Source of the DNA: an uncultured Gammaproteobacteria bacterium | Lineage (GTDB): Bacteria; Patescibacteriota; Patescibacteriia; Patescibacteriales; UBA12465 | Direction of reading: 5' to 3' | Assembly: GCA_964588465.1 (NCBI GenBank) | Contig: CAZPPL010000005.1 | Span: 2,966 to 60,354 of the forward strand | DNA: 57,389 nt | Part shown: positions 1 to 9,705 of the stretch, piece by piece | Position numbering within the stretch: position 1 is the first letter of the stretch | Layout of the letters: every line of letters begins with the position of its first letter | Notes under the pieces: model-generated | Database searches by the model: none | What the model saw: only the letters and a program-made list of their open reading frames with translations | Told to the model about the DNA's origin: nothing | Translations under genes and position numbers: made by a program

Positions 1-458
1 TTTAAAGTGGAAATACTACAACTAGCGACTGGAGCAGTATTACCAGTCAAATTGTCATTAAATTTCCAGTGAGAAATAATTTGACCTAAAATATCTACTG
101 TGTTGGGAGCGGGATTTTGGTTATAAGAAATTAGATAAATATTAGTATAAATAATCTTGGTAACTGGATTTACATTGGCAGCATTGACGTAAACTGTACG
201 CCCATCCCTAATAGCTTGATAACCATCTACAATTAGACTTTGAGGCGAACCTTGAAAACCCTGATTAGCATACCAACGGGTAATACTATAATGGTTAGGG
301 TTAGGAATTATTCGTACTGCAATAGCATCTGGACTATTAATAGTGCTACTAGCCAATAAAGGTTTAATTTGAAAATACCGTCCAGTTAATAAAAAGACAA
401 AAATTATAGTTGTAACAGTTGCTCCCAGTAGAAATAATATTTTATTTTTATGAATCAT
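1..458 (-). CDS. 5' part of a secreted/membrane-anchored surface protein (runs off the left edge; absent from ORF track)
   Basis: Manual translation from ATG at 458 gives MIHKNKILFLLGATVTTIIFVFLLTGRYFQIKPLLASSTINSPDAIAVRIIPNPNHYSITRWY...; open for 152 codons to base 1; N-terminal TM segment; same strand as the two upstream surface-protein genes. Confidence 0.8.
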   Translation of the reverse strand, partial: MIHKNKILFLLGATVTTIIFVFLLTGRYFQIKPLLASSTINSPDAIAVRIIPNPNHYSITRWYANQGFQGSPQSLIVDGYQAIRDGRTVYVNAANVNPVTKIIYTNIYLISYNQNPAPNTVDILGQIISHWKFNDNLTGNTAPVASCSISTL

Positions 459-514
459 ATATAAATAATTAAAATCTATATTTTCTATTTTTAAAACAAT
501 CTAATAACAATTCT

Positions 515-3500
515 TCAATTACATTTTAAAATGCTCCAAGTGGTAGAACTAGGATGAGCAGGATTAAGTGACATGATACAACTAAGTTCTGAACTTTTAG
601 CACTTTCATTACTGGAGCTATCAAAAGCTGATAGAGCAAAATAGTTATTACCTATCGGAAACTGGCTAAAAGGAAAAGTTAAGCTAGTAGCCGTGGCTAT
701 AGAATTAAAGGATTCTCCATACTTACCAGAGAGAATTCCATGATATAAACGGTAAGAAACCGTATCACTAGTACTGGTTGCCCAACTAAATTTTAACAAA
801 GAATTATCAATTATGGCTTGAAGACCAATAGGAACTGCAGGCGGAGTTTGATCGGTCGGGGTTACGGTTAAACCAGGAGATAGAGCACTCTCGGTCATAT
901 CATTAGAAATAACACTAACCTGAAAAATATAAACTAAATTATTAGTTAGACCATTAATAACTAAACTACAAATATTAAGCCCTTTAGCATTGGTACACAC
1001 TTTATTAGCTTGGACATCTTTAAAGGATACAGCGGTCTGACCAGGAGATAAATAATAAATTTTATAAGCATAAACCTGATTAGCAGCAGATTGCCAATCA
1101 ATTTTAATGCTAGCTCCTGTTTCTCGATCAGTAAGTTTATCTATAGTAGCACTGCTAAGTATCGGAGCTCTAAAAAAATATGATTGCTTCAAAATTCCTT
1201 GAATACATACTCCATTTTGCTGACCGCTACTATTAAGTGTTCCACAAGCAGTACCAACTTTAGTACAAGCACTATGATCAGAACTACAAACTAAAGTAGC
1301 AGATTTACCTAAAGTCAGGGGATTACTATTTAAAGCCGGTAAATCATCTAAAGTCCCAGGTCCTCCAGCATCACGGCAATAATAAAATTTATAATTATAG
1401 GTGGGAGAATTTGGACCTTGAGATTTATCCGACCAAGGGTACCAAGTTCCATTAGTTATATTAACTGGTGGCCAAGGATTATTACAGATGAAAACATGTA
1501 TATCCCCAGAATTATTAAATCCATTGCCACCCTGATAAGCATTACAATTACTACTACAGCTAGGACTAATAAACTTATTCATATTAATAGTAGCAGTAAC
1601 TTTAGTTTCACTATCAGTTATACCTTTATTGGCCCTGACAAATACTTGATCAGAAGATAAATTAGCTACCGAAGCAATAGTGGCAACCTTAGGACTACTA
1701 AGAGAAAAATCCCAATTCCAAGCATAGCCAGGGACTGATTGTAATATCTGATCATTAACACTGTAGGCAGTAGCGGAAAATACTTTATCACTATCGGCAA
1801 TAGTATCAAAAGTTTTATTACTAGGCGCGGCATTTGAATCATTCTCTTCAGACTGCAAGGCATTGATAGTGGTATTAAATAGATAAGAAGCAGGAGTTAC
1901 GCTAACGTGATCCACGGCACAAATACCAGCTGTGGGGCCTTGTGAAGATAAAGTAGAAAATTTGATAATTTGAGAATTCACATATTTATGGCTGTTAAAT
2001 CTTATTAACCCACCAGCAATATAAACAGTTCCATCAAAGTAACCTGGACCATCAAATCCAATCTCCTTATAACTCAATACGCCAGTTTTATTGTTTAAAC
2101 TTTGGTCTCCTTTTACCACTAAATAATAGGTAGTTGAAGGGTTTAATAATTTACTAGGCCTAAACATTAAAGAAGTTCGGTCACCATTATTTTCGCCATA
2201 AACTGTTCCTGGGATAGAGCAATACAAATTAGTAGCTTTAGGAGCACCCGCCAAAGCTGTCCCTAATAAATTATGACTTAATTGGGCTAAAGTGAAAGAC
2301 ATTCTTCCGCTTAGATCTTGCCACCAATTCTTATTATGCTGATTTAATACTTCAGCTAGAGTATTACCTTTCATAGCAAAAGTTCCAGATGGACAAGTTT
2401 GATTACTGGCATAATCTCGTTTTTCTAATAATAAAGTATTGCTACGGAAACTAGAGACATCCATATTCTGATTAAAATTAACTTTAATTAAAGTATTACG
2501 GCAAACATCGGTAGCTAAATTTTTAGGGGAAACTGAAATAATTTTTGGCCTTGGATTGATAATAGGGTTATTCTTAATATTCCCAGTACATCCCAAGATG
2601 CAAGTATCCACCCCACTATAGGTACCAGTAGCTGAAAAAGTGGAAGTAGCACATAATTTAGAATTAGAGGCTGGTGGAGGCACTTGACAACTATAATAAG
2701 CACAATAACCATCATCTGTCTTATTAGCACTATCAATTATCTGATTGCCAGAACGACATTTAGCCCCGCCAGATGCTTTAGCATTAAAACAGCAATGAGT
2801 ATCAGCTTGGCAAGCGTTCAAACTAGTGAAACTACTACAAGCTGGTTTAGTGGGACAAAGATTATCACAAGAAGCTGAAGTTTTATAAGGACCAGTTTTA
2901 GCTGGATTGGAAGCACATTGAGTTGAATTTGTAGTAGAACAACTATAATAAGCACAATAACCATTATCAGCTTTATTTTTACTATTAGTTATCTGATTAC
3001 CAGAACGACATTTAGCCCCGCCCGTAGCTAGAGCATCAAAACAACAATGACTATCAGCTTGACAAGCTCCTAAACTATTAAAAGCGGTGCAAGGATCAAT
3101 AGGACCTGAAGAAGTGGCTGTGGTATTAAAGCCCGTACTAAAATTCCATTCAAATACCGAAGTAGGGATATTAGTTAGACAGTCTTCTGAAGTGTCAACA
3201 CAACGACCTTGTTTATAAGTATTCTGAGCACAACATATTTGACTTCCACCACAGTCAAGGTTAGTAGTACAAGAACCAATATTAAAATTTAAGGCATTCC
3301 CCCAATCGCTATTTTTAATAACTTTAACTGGTCCAGTAATAGCACCCACTGGCACTGTGGTTTTAATTAAATCCGCTTGGCCGTCTTGCTGAATTGTTCC
3401 AGTGGCATTTCCAGTAACATTACCTAGAGTATTTATATTATAATTGAATTTAACCAAACCACTACTCTGAATTGTTCCAAAATATTCTCCCCAAAGTGAT

Positions 3501-5071
3501 ATCGGAGTTCCTGCTGGGCCACTAGCTGGTTGAATCTTACATAAACTAGTTTTAAGTTTTAAAGCTTTATCAAATTGAAAAATATTAGGATTTAACTTTT
3601 TAGTACTAATAGTGGTCTTAGCTAATTTAATGGTAATCATTTGAGCCCCATTATTTAAACCATTGGGAACTTTTACAATAATACGATTATTACTCCATAC
3701 TGAATGTAAACATACTATTGGAAAATCATAACTTGCTTCAGTATTGCCAAAATAGACCTGGCTATCACCTCTCACTGCACCAAAACCGTCTCCTCGGATT
3801 GTTACATATTGTCCGCTATTTCCACTAGTTGGATTAAAACTAAAGATAAATGGTCCATAACCCGCCTCCACTTTTTTGGTAAATGATAAATAATTACTTC
3901 TTTCCAAAGACCCGTTAATATTAGTTTGTACAAAACTGCTGGAAACACCAGGTACAATATTAGGAATGATTGAAGTCCCGCTTAAACCAGCCGAACTACT
4001 AAAAGAAGACTGCAGGGCGGGTATATTGTTTTTATAATTGCCAAAGTAAGCCAATCCAGAATGAAGATTAACGCCAGAATATCGTATTACCGCACTAAGT
4101 TTCCCACTATTAGGGCTAAGTTCACATAAACCAGGGCGAACAATAGTATTTACTTGAAAATCAGGAATTTTAGGACCATAACTATCATTGCTAAGATCAG
4201 ATAATTTAGCTTTATTTATAATTTTAATAGGTCCTGAGCTAGCTCCTGCGGGTACGGCAATGATTATTTGCTTATTAGTCCAAGAATTAATACAGGATGG
4301 ATTCAAATTATTGGTTTGTTGGCCAAACACTGGTTTCCCCTGACCTTCAAATACAATCTTGCTACTAGTGGCCGAATAAGTTCCAAAGTTTTGTCCAGAG
4401 ATAGTAATGAAATTATTGACTGCACCATTAGGGGTATTGAGATTACAAGTACTCCCTGGGCAATCATTGTTACTGCTACAGGATTTATTTATATTATTAG
4501 TACAAAAATTACCAATAGGACTAACCCTTTGAATAACTGGATGACCATTACTAGCCTGACAATTAGGACTAGAGCTAGAGGCACAATCAGAATTCCCTCC
4601 TCCACCACCACCATTATTATTACAACTTGGACCTACACAAGGAGGAGGAAAACTACAGCTTGAACCTACACAAGTAATAGGATTATTATTACCACTACCA
4701 GGATTAATAGCTCCACCTAAACGCGACAAAATGAAAGTGGCAATTCCCCAAGAAGCTAAAATAATGACTAAACCAATTATTCCATCTTTCAAAATATTTT
4801 TAGCTTTATCAACTTTTTCGGCATCGCCATTAGAGGTCATCCATATAAAACCAGCATAACTAATTATGCCTATCGCCACTACCCCTAAAAATCCTAAAAC
4901 TATATTTATAATTTTACCAGCTAATACTCGAGGATCAGTAGCAGTTAAAGATCCACCTAAACCATTACTAACCGCATTTAGACCTAAACCTTGAGCAAAA
5001 ACCCAATTGGATAAAAATAAACCTCCCAATATTAAGCTAAATATTAATAAATTTTTAGTAATTTTTTTCAT
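515..5071 (-). CDS. Giant Cys-rich surface protein: VirB2/TrbC-like pilin N-terminus, IPT/TIG repeats, Ig-like and C-terminal FN3-like domains
   Basis: Signal peptide, then pilin-like TM hairpin (IINIVLGFLGVVAIGIISYAGFIWMTSNGDAEKVDKAKNILKDGIIGLVII); TIG-like motifs (ITISGQNFG, VTIRGDGFG, ISLWGEYFG); FN3-like end (DQTPPAVPIGL...SNESAKS). Confidence 0.8.
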   Translation of the reverse strand: MKKITKNLLIFSLILGGLFLSNWVFAQGLGLNAVSNGLGGSLTATDPRVLAGKIINIVLGFLGVVAIGIISYAGFIWMTSNGDAEKVDKAKNILKDGIIGLVIILASWGIATFILSRLGGAINPGSGNNNPITCVGSSCSFPPPCVGPSCNNNGGGGGGNSDCASSSSPNCQASNGHPVIQRVSPIGNFCTNNINKSCSSNNDCPGSTCNLNTPNGAVNNFITISGQNFGTYSATSSKIVFEGQGKPVFGQQTNNLNPSCINSWTNKQIIIAVPAGASSGPIKIINKAKLSDLSNDSYGPKIPDFQVNTIVRPGLCELSPNSGKLSAVIRYSGVNLHSGLAYFGNYKNNIPALQSSFSSSAGLSGTSIIPNIVPGVSSSFVQTNINGSLERSNYLSFTKKVEAGYGPFIFSFNPTSGNSGQYVTIRGDGFGAVRGDSQVYFGNTEASYDFPIVCLHSVWSNNRIIVKVPNGLNNGAQMITIKLAKTTISTKKLNPNIFQFDKALKLKTSLCKIQPASGPAGTPISLWGEYFGTIQSSGLVKFNYNINTLGNVTGNATGTIQQDGQADLIKTTVPVGAITGPVKVIKNSDWGNALNFNIGSCTTNLDCGGSQICCAQNTYKQGRCVDTSEDCLTNIPTSVFEWNFSTGFNTTATSSGPIDPCTAFNSLGACQADSHCCFDALATGGAKCRSGNQITNSKNKADNGYCAYYSCSTTNSTQCASNPAKTGPYKTSASCDNLCPTKPACSSFTSLNACQADTHCCFNAKASGGAKCRSGNQIIDSANKTDDGYCAYYSCQVPPPASNSKLCATSTFSATGTYSGVDTCILGCTGNIKNNPIINPRPKIISVSPKNLATDVCRNTLIKVNFNQNMDVSSFRSNTLLLEKRDYASNQTCPSGTFAMKGNTLAEVLNQHNKNWWQDLSGRMSFTLAQLSHNLLGTALAGAPKATNLYCSIPGTVYGENNGDRTSLMFRPSKLLNPSTTYYLVVKGDQSLNNKTGVLSYKEIGFDGPGYFDGTVYIAGGLIRFNSHKYVNSQIIKFSTLSSQGPTAGICAVDHVSVTPASYLFNTTINALQSEENDSNAAPSNKTFDTIADSDKVFSATAYSVNDQILQSVPGYAWNWDFSLSSPKVATIASVANLSSDQVFVRANKGITDSETKVTATINMNKFISPSCSSNCNAYQGGNGFNNSGDIHVFICNNPWPPVNITNGTWYPWSDKSQGPNSPTYNYKFYYCRDAGGPGTLDDLPALNSNPLTLGKSATLVCSSDHSACTKVGTACGTLNSSGQQNGVCIQGILKQSYFFRAPILSSATIDKLTDRETGASIKIDWQSAANQVYAYKIYYLSPGQTAVSFKDVQANKVCTNAKGLNICSLVINGLTNNLVYIFQVSVISNDMTESALSPGLTVTPTDQTPPAVPIGLQAIIDNSLLKFSWATSTSDTVSYRLYHGILSGKYGESFNSIATATSLTFPFSQFPIGNNYFALSAFDSSSNESAKSSELSCIMSLNPAHPSSTTWSILKCN
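2690..3090 (-). repeat. Intragenic tandem duplication of an 84-aa Cys-rich module (252-nt period)
   Basis: gaacgacatttagccccgcc at 2751 and 3003; CQAD.HCCF.A.A.GGAKCRSGNQI...GYCAYYSC occurs twice in the protein. Confidence 0.9.
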
Positions 5072-5088
5072 GACAAAATTTTAATTTT

Positions 5089-7785
5089 TTATTGACAATT
5101 GCCATTAGCTCCTAAAGTACTGGTTGCGGTTCCAAAACAACAGGAAGGTTGCTCGGCAGTAGCTGAGCAGGATGGGCCAACACTGGGTTTATAACAATTC
5201 TGATAAATGTCTTTGACCCCAGAACCAACCTGAACATTAAAAGTGGCGGAGGGAGTAAAGGGTGAATGAATTAATTTAACTACGGTAATATCCGGTACAC
5301 CATCATAAGGCTTTATATCTTTATTACTAGCATTAATCCAATAGCCTAACGGGGCGGGCGATAGAGTATATAAATTGATAAAATGCTGTCTCACAATGGA
5401 TTTACCATTATTAACTTCTGTACTACCAGTTTTAAGAGTATTGTCCATCATAATTTTATTAAAGATAATTTTAACTGAAGTAGTTGCAGCTAAATTCTTT
5501 TTATTCTGAATTGGGCTAATACTAGTTATAATTGGTGGAGTTAAATTTAATTTATCACTAATATAGAAAGACCACTTATAATTATCACCCTTACTAAGAT
5601 TAGCTGGAGAGCTGGTACTATAATTGTCATTATAAAAACTTAAAGGACCATTAGCCACCCCATTACGATTACCATCTAAGGAATTAAAAGAGGTATCAAC
5701 AATTCCATTTAGTTTGTTCTGATTGGCTTGAGGATAATTTTGACCAAGAGAGTTTTGACAAGTTTTATAACCCAAAGGAGTATTGGAACAAGTTCTAAAA
5801 GAGCCATCAGTCCAACAATCTTTATCAGTCTTACAAGTACTTAAATCAGCAGTGGTTAGTTTCACTGCTAAATGACTATCAGGAGGTAAACAATAGATTT
5901 TTTCACCACAAGCGTTAATTCCACATTCTTGATTAGAAACGAATTCCACAGTTCTATAAATATTACTAGTCATAAACTTTCCATCTAAATAATCACCAAC
6001 ACAAGCATTATCAGTGCATTTGTACGATTGACATTGGCTGTTACTGTTACAGTCTGCTCCTGCTGGGCTACTAGAAGCAGCAGCATTCACTACTCTGATA
6101 TAAGGAGCTACTTCACTAGCTGAACCAGAAATCATTAAGGGATCAATAGCCTTGTTAAAATTAATCTGAATAATACTATTCATCGGCTTGTCAGATTGCC
6201 CCTGAATTTTATTAGATTCTTCCTGATTAGTTCCTCCACTTAATGGCTGTATTAAAACGGCTTGGGGGTTGGTGGTAAGAACCTTAATATTATTCCCATT
6301 GCTACCTAAAACTTTAGCGGTTAAATTTATTGTTGGTCCAGCGCGACTAACATTTATAGCGGGATTACCACTAATTTTAGCTTCTAAATTAGCAGCTAAA
6401 CCGCTCAAAGTAAAATTAGTTGGCACTAAAATATTGTTATTTACCGCCGAATCAGCAAAAGTATAAACTGTAGAATTGATGGTTAAATTATCGGCTAATT
6501 GCTCGGGACTAACTTTAATATTCCATAAACTACCTACGGGATGTTTAACAGCAGTAAAACTTATAAAACCAGTAAATACAGCTTGACCAGAAGAACTAAA
6601 GTCCTCAATAGCTAAAGGATTATTGTTAGCATCAAATAATTGAGCTTTATTAGTCTCTGGTACTTTTACGATAAATACTGATTGCAAGCCATGATAATTT
6701 ATAAGCGATGCTGTTGCAACAGGACTAGTGCCCTTAGCAGTAACAGCTATGACTTGTGCTGGTTTATAAATATGAGGTTTAGCTTGAACAATAATTGTTC
6801 CTACTGCTGCTTTTGCTGGAGTTATTTTGCCAATGATATCTCGTTGATTATCTGGCAATGGTGATATAGCATTAGGGACAACTATTGGAGGAACTAAATC
6901 AATTTTATTACTAACTGTAAAATTCCAAGAAGCAAAATCACTGCTACAAGTAGCAAACATAGAAGAATTATCTAATTTTTTTATTGCTTTAGTAAATTTT
7001 ATTGAATAAGGCGTATCCCCGCTAGAGATACCTAAATAATTAAGCGGAGTTAGCATTAAGGTCTTATTATCGCTAGATACTCTCACTGAAACCGCAGTAT
7101 CATTACTATTAATTTTTGGACAAGATATTGCCGAGCAAGCATCTCCTAAATCTTTAGTATATAGTCGAATAGCTACGGGATTGATGTCGGTACAAGTGGT
7201 ATTATTACAAGTACAACTTGCACCCGAAGTATTAACGCAAACTGAATCTAATTTAACTTTTTGTTTAAAAGTGATTAACAAGGAAGTATTACGAGCTACA
7301 TTTTGCTGACCGTCAGTGGGATAGGTATTAAGTACGGTACAAGCACCAATAGTTCCAACACCAGGACTAGAAAATCCAGTAGAATAATTGTTGTTGACCA
7401 CCGATTTATTGTTTCCTTTGACCGCTCCAGCTAAACGACTAATAAGAAAAGTGGCGATTCCCCAAGAAGATAAAATTATCACTAAACCAATTATGCCGTC
7501 TTTTAAAATCCCTTTAGCTTTACTAATCTTTTCTTCATCACCACTAGAAGTCATCCATAAAAAACCAGCATACATAATAATCAGCACAGCAATCACTCCT
7601 AAGAAGCTTAAAGCTATTTGAACTATTCTTCCAATCAAAATCCGAGGATCAGTAGCACTTAAAGAACCAGCCAAACCAGTGTTAACAGCATTTGTTCCAA
7701 AACCAGCAGCTAAACTGAACTTGGCTATCAATAACATCCCTATAAAACTTAAAAATATAATGATAAACCTAACTTTTTTAGTCAT
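5089..7785 (-). CDS. Large surface protein with VirB2/TrbC-like pilin N-terminus and Ig-like domains; N-terminus paralogous to 515..5071
   Basis: ATDPRILIGRIVQIALSFLGVIAVLIIMYAGFLWMTSSGDEEKISKAKGILKDGIIGLVII; Ig-like segments (PTDGQQNVARNTSLLITF, PPIITSISP); ATG at 7785 preferred over the ORF-track start at 7821. Confidence 0.8.
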   Translation of the reverse strand: MTKKVRFIIIFLSFIGMLLIAKFSLAAGFGTNAVNTGLAGSLSATDPRILIGRIVQIALSFLGVIAVLIIMYAGFLWMTSSGDEEKISKAKGILKDGIIGLVIILSSWGIATFLISRLAGAVKGNNKSVVNNNYSTGFSSPGVGTIGACTVLNTYPTDGQQNVARNTSLLITFKQKVKLDSVCVNTSGASCTCNNTTCTDINPVAIRLYTKDLGDACSAISCPKINSNDTAVSVRVSSDNKTLMLTPLNYLGISSGDTPYSIKFTKAIKKLDNSSMFATCSSDFASWNFTVSNKIDLVPPIVVPNAISPLPDNQRDIIGKITPAKAAVGTIIVQAKPHIYKPAQVIAVTAKGTSPVATASLINYHGLQSVFIVKVPETNKAQLFDANNNPLAIEDFSSSGQAVFTGFISFTAVKHPVGSLWNIKVSPEQLADNLTINSTVYTFADSAVNNNILVPTNFTLSGLAANLEAKISGNPAINVSRAGPTINLTAKVLGSNGNNIKVLTTNPQAVLIQPLSGGTNQEESNKIQGQSDKPMNSIIQINFNKAIDPLMISGSASEVAPYIRVVNAAASSSPAGADCNSNSQCQSYKCTDNACVGDYLDGKFMTSNIYRTVEFVSNQECGINACGEKIYCLPPDSHLAVKLTTADLSTCKTDKDCWTDGSFRTCSNTPLGYKTCQNSLGQNYPQANQNKLNGIVDTSFNSLDGNRNGVANGPLSFYNDNYSTSSPANLSKGDNYKWSFYISDKLNLTPPIITSISPIQNKKNLAATTSVKIIFNKIMMDNTLKTGSTEVNNGKSIVRQHFINLYTLSPAPLGYWINASNKDIKPYDGVPDITVVKLIHSPFTPSATFNVQVGSGVKDIYQNCYKPSVGPSCSATAEQPSCCFGTATSTLGANGNCQ

Positions 7786-7905
7786 GTCAATAGATAATAA
7801 AAGTTTTAAATTAAATCTCAAATATGATACAATTATTATAATTTAATTATATCATATAAGGCTTAAATGAAAAAGAGTAAAAAGATATTTAGCTAGAATT
7901 ATTGT

Positions 7906-9372
7906 ATGACTATTGAGAGAATAATAAAAAAATTTTTAGATAATCATCCTGGAGAAGACACTACGGCTTTAACTTTAGCTTTTGAATTTGCCCAAGTAGC
8001 TCATGCCGGCCAAAAACGTCAAAATGGTGAACTATATATTCAACATCCTTTGCATACTGCTTATATTCTAGCGGAGATTAAAGCTGATTTAGCTACTATA
8101 ACCGCTGGAGTATTACATGACGTACCAGAAGATACTAGCAGTACTCTGGAAGAAATTAATACTCTTTTTGGGGCAGAGGTCGCTATGCTAGTGGACGGAG
8201 TAACTAAATTAGGTAAAATAAAATATCGTGGTATTGAACGTTATCGAGAGAATCTGAAAAAAATGTTTTTAGCCATGTCTAGCGATTTACGAGTAATTTT
8301 TATTAAATTCTGCGACCGTCTAAACAACCTAAGAAGCTTAGAGGCTCTTCCCCCTGAAAAACAGCAAAGAATTGCTCGAGAAACTTTAGAAATCTATACA
8401 CCTATTGCTGGACTACTAGGTATAAACTTACTAAAATGGCAAATGGAAAATATTTGCTTTAAGTTTCTATATCCTGAAAAATACCATGAACTAGAATATA
8501 AATATGAGGTAGAAAAAAAAGTAGAACGCAACCTTTTTTTTCAAAAGATTAAAAATATTCTAGAACCTAAATTAAAAGAAGCTGGAATTAAGTGTACTAT
8601 TGAAGTTAGATTTAAGCATTTATATAGTATCTATCTAAAAATGCAACAAAAGGATCGTAAATTTGATGAAATATATGACGTCTTTGCTCTACGTCTTATC
8701 GTGCCCACTATTGACGACTGCTATAAAAGTCTAGGAGTTATCCATACTCTTTGGAAACCTAAACCTAATCGTTTTAAAGACTACATCGCCGTACCTAAAC
8801 CTAACGGTTATCAGTCCCTGCATACTACCATCTTTGGCCCCGAAGAAAAAACTACAGAGTTTCAAATTAGAACTTGGAAAATGCATGAAGAAAGTATTTA
8901 TGGTTTAGCTGCACATTGGTATTATAAAATTCAACGAGGTTCAGAATCCTATATAACCCCCTCTTGGGTAAAAGAAATAATCGATATTCAGAAAGAGATA
9001 AGTAATACTAGTGAATTGGTTAAAAAGATAAAATTAGATATTTTTCGAGATCGTATATTTGTTTTTTCACCCCGTGGAGATGTTTTTGAATTACCAGAGC
9101 GAGCAACACCGATTGATTTTGCCTATGCAGTTCATACTAATATTGGTAATAAAGCTGCTGGAGTTATTGTAAACGATAAATTTGGGCGTCTAGACCAAGA
9201 ACTAAAAAATGGTGATTTCGTAGAAATTATAACTGAGAGAAAACGACCATATCCAAATCGTGACTGGCTAAAATTTGTTAAAACTAAACGAGCCCGTGAT
9301 CGAATTAAACAATTTGCCAAAAAGACACCTCTAGAAAATATAAAGAGATTTATTCCTGGTATTAATAAATAA
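7906..9372 (+). CDS. rel: RelA/SpoT family (p)ppGpp synthetase/hydrolase (HD + synthetase + TGS), C-terminally short
   Basis: AHAGQKRQNGELYIQHP, HDVPED, DRLNN, RFKDYIAVPKPNGYQSLHT, EFQIRT, TGS motif TPIDFAYAVHT. Confidence 0.92.
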   Translation: MTIERIIKKFLDNHPGEDTTALTLAFEFAQVAHAGQKRQNGELYIQHPLHTAYILAEIKADLATITAGVLHDVPEDTSSTLEEINTLFGAEVAMLVDGVTKLGKIKYRGIERYRENLKKMFLAMSSDLRVIFIKFCDRLNNLRSLEALPPEKQQRIARETLEIYTPIAGLLGINLLKWQMENICFKFLYPEKYHELEYKYEVEKKVERNLFFQKIKNILEPKLKEAGIKCTIEVRFKHLYSIYLKMQQKDRKFDEIYDVFALRLIVPTIDDCYKSLGVIHTLWKPKPNRFKDYIAVPKPNGYQSLHTTIFGPEEKTTEFQIRTWKMHEESIYGLAAHWYYKIQRGSESYITPSWVKEIIDIQKEISNTSELVKKIKLDIFRDRIFVFSPRGDVFELPERATPIDFAYAVHTNIGNKAAGVIVNDKFGRLDQELKNGDFVEIITERKRPYPNRDWLKFVKTKRARDRIKQFAKKTPLENIKRFIPGINK

Positions 9373-9397
9373 AAAAATAAAAAAAATTATTTCCAAA

Positions 9398-9432
9398 TAA
9401 AAAATTGCCTATAAACACTAAGCAATTTTTTA
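9398..9432. terminator. Bidirectional intrinsic terminator between convergent rel and rpsU
   Basis: Inverted repeat aaaaaattgc...gcaatttttt flanked by A/T tracts. Confidence 0.6.
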
Positions 9433-9471
9433 ATTCAAGCTCAATTTTAATTGTTTAAGACTCAATACTTA

Positions 9472-9705
9472 CTAAGAATGCATATTACCCTCAGGCAACT
9501 TACCAATCTTACGTAAATATTCATTTTTTTTACGCAAACTAAGCCCAATTAAAGCATGGGCTTTTTGGCGATGCTTAGTTTTCCTAGGCTCTAAGTGTTG
9601 TTTAGAACGAGCTTTTTCTAGCCGTTTACTATTCTTTAAACCTTTCTTAAATTTACGTAAAAAACTCTCAAAACTTTCACCTGGTTTTCTCTTGAAATCT
9701 GCCAT
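9472..9705 (-). CDS. rpsU: 30S ribosomal protein S21
   Basis: MADFKRKPGESFESFLRKFKK pattern typical of bS21; very basic; GGAAGGGGG SD-like sequence upstream of ATG 9705. Confidence 0.8.
   Translation of the reverse strand: MADFKRKPGESFESFLRKFKKGLKNSKRLEKARSKQHLEPRKTKHRQKAHALIGLSLRKKNEYLRKIGKLPEGNMHS

Noticed and set aside
1418-7621. Short alternative-frame and antisense ORFs inside the two giant surface genes
   Set aside because: Fully nested in long, well-supported CDSs and lacking motifs; the same applies to the other 60-110 aa nested ORFs across the window
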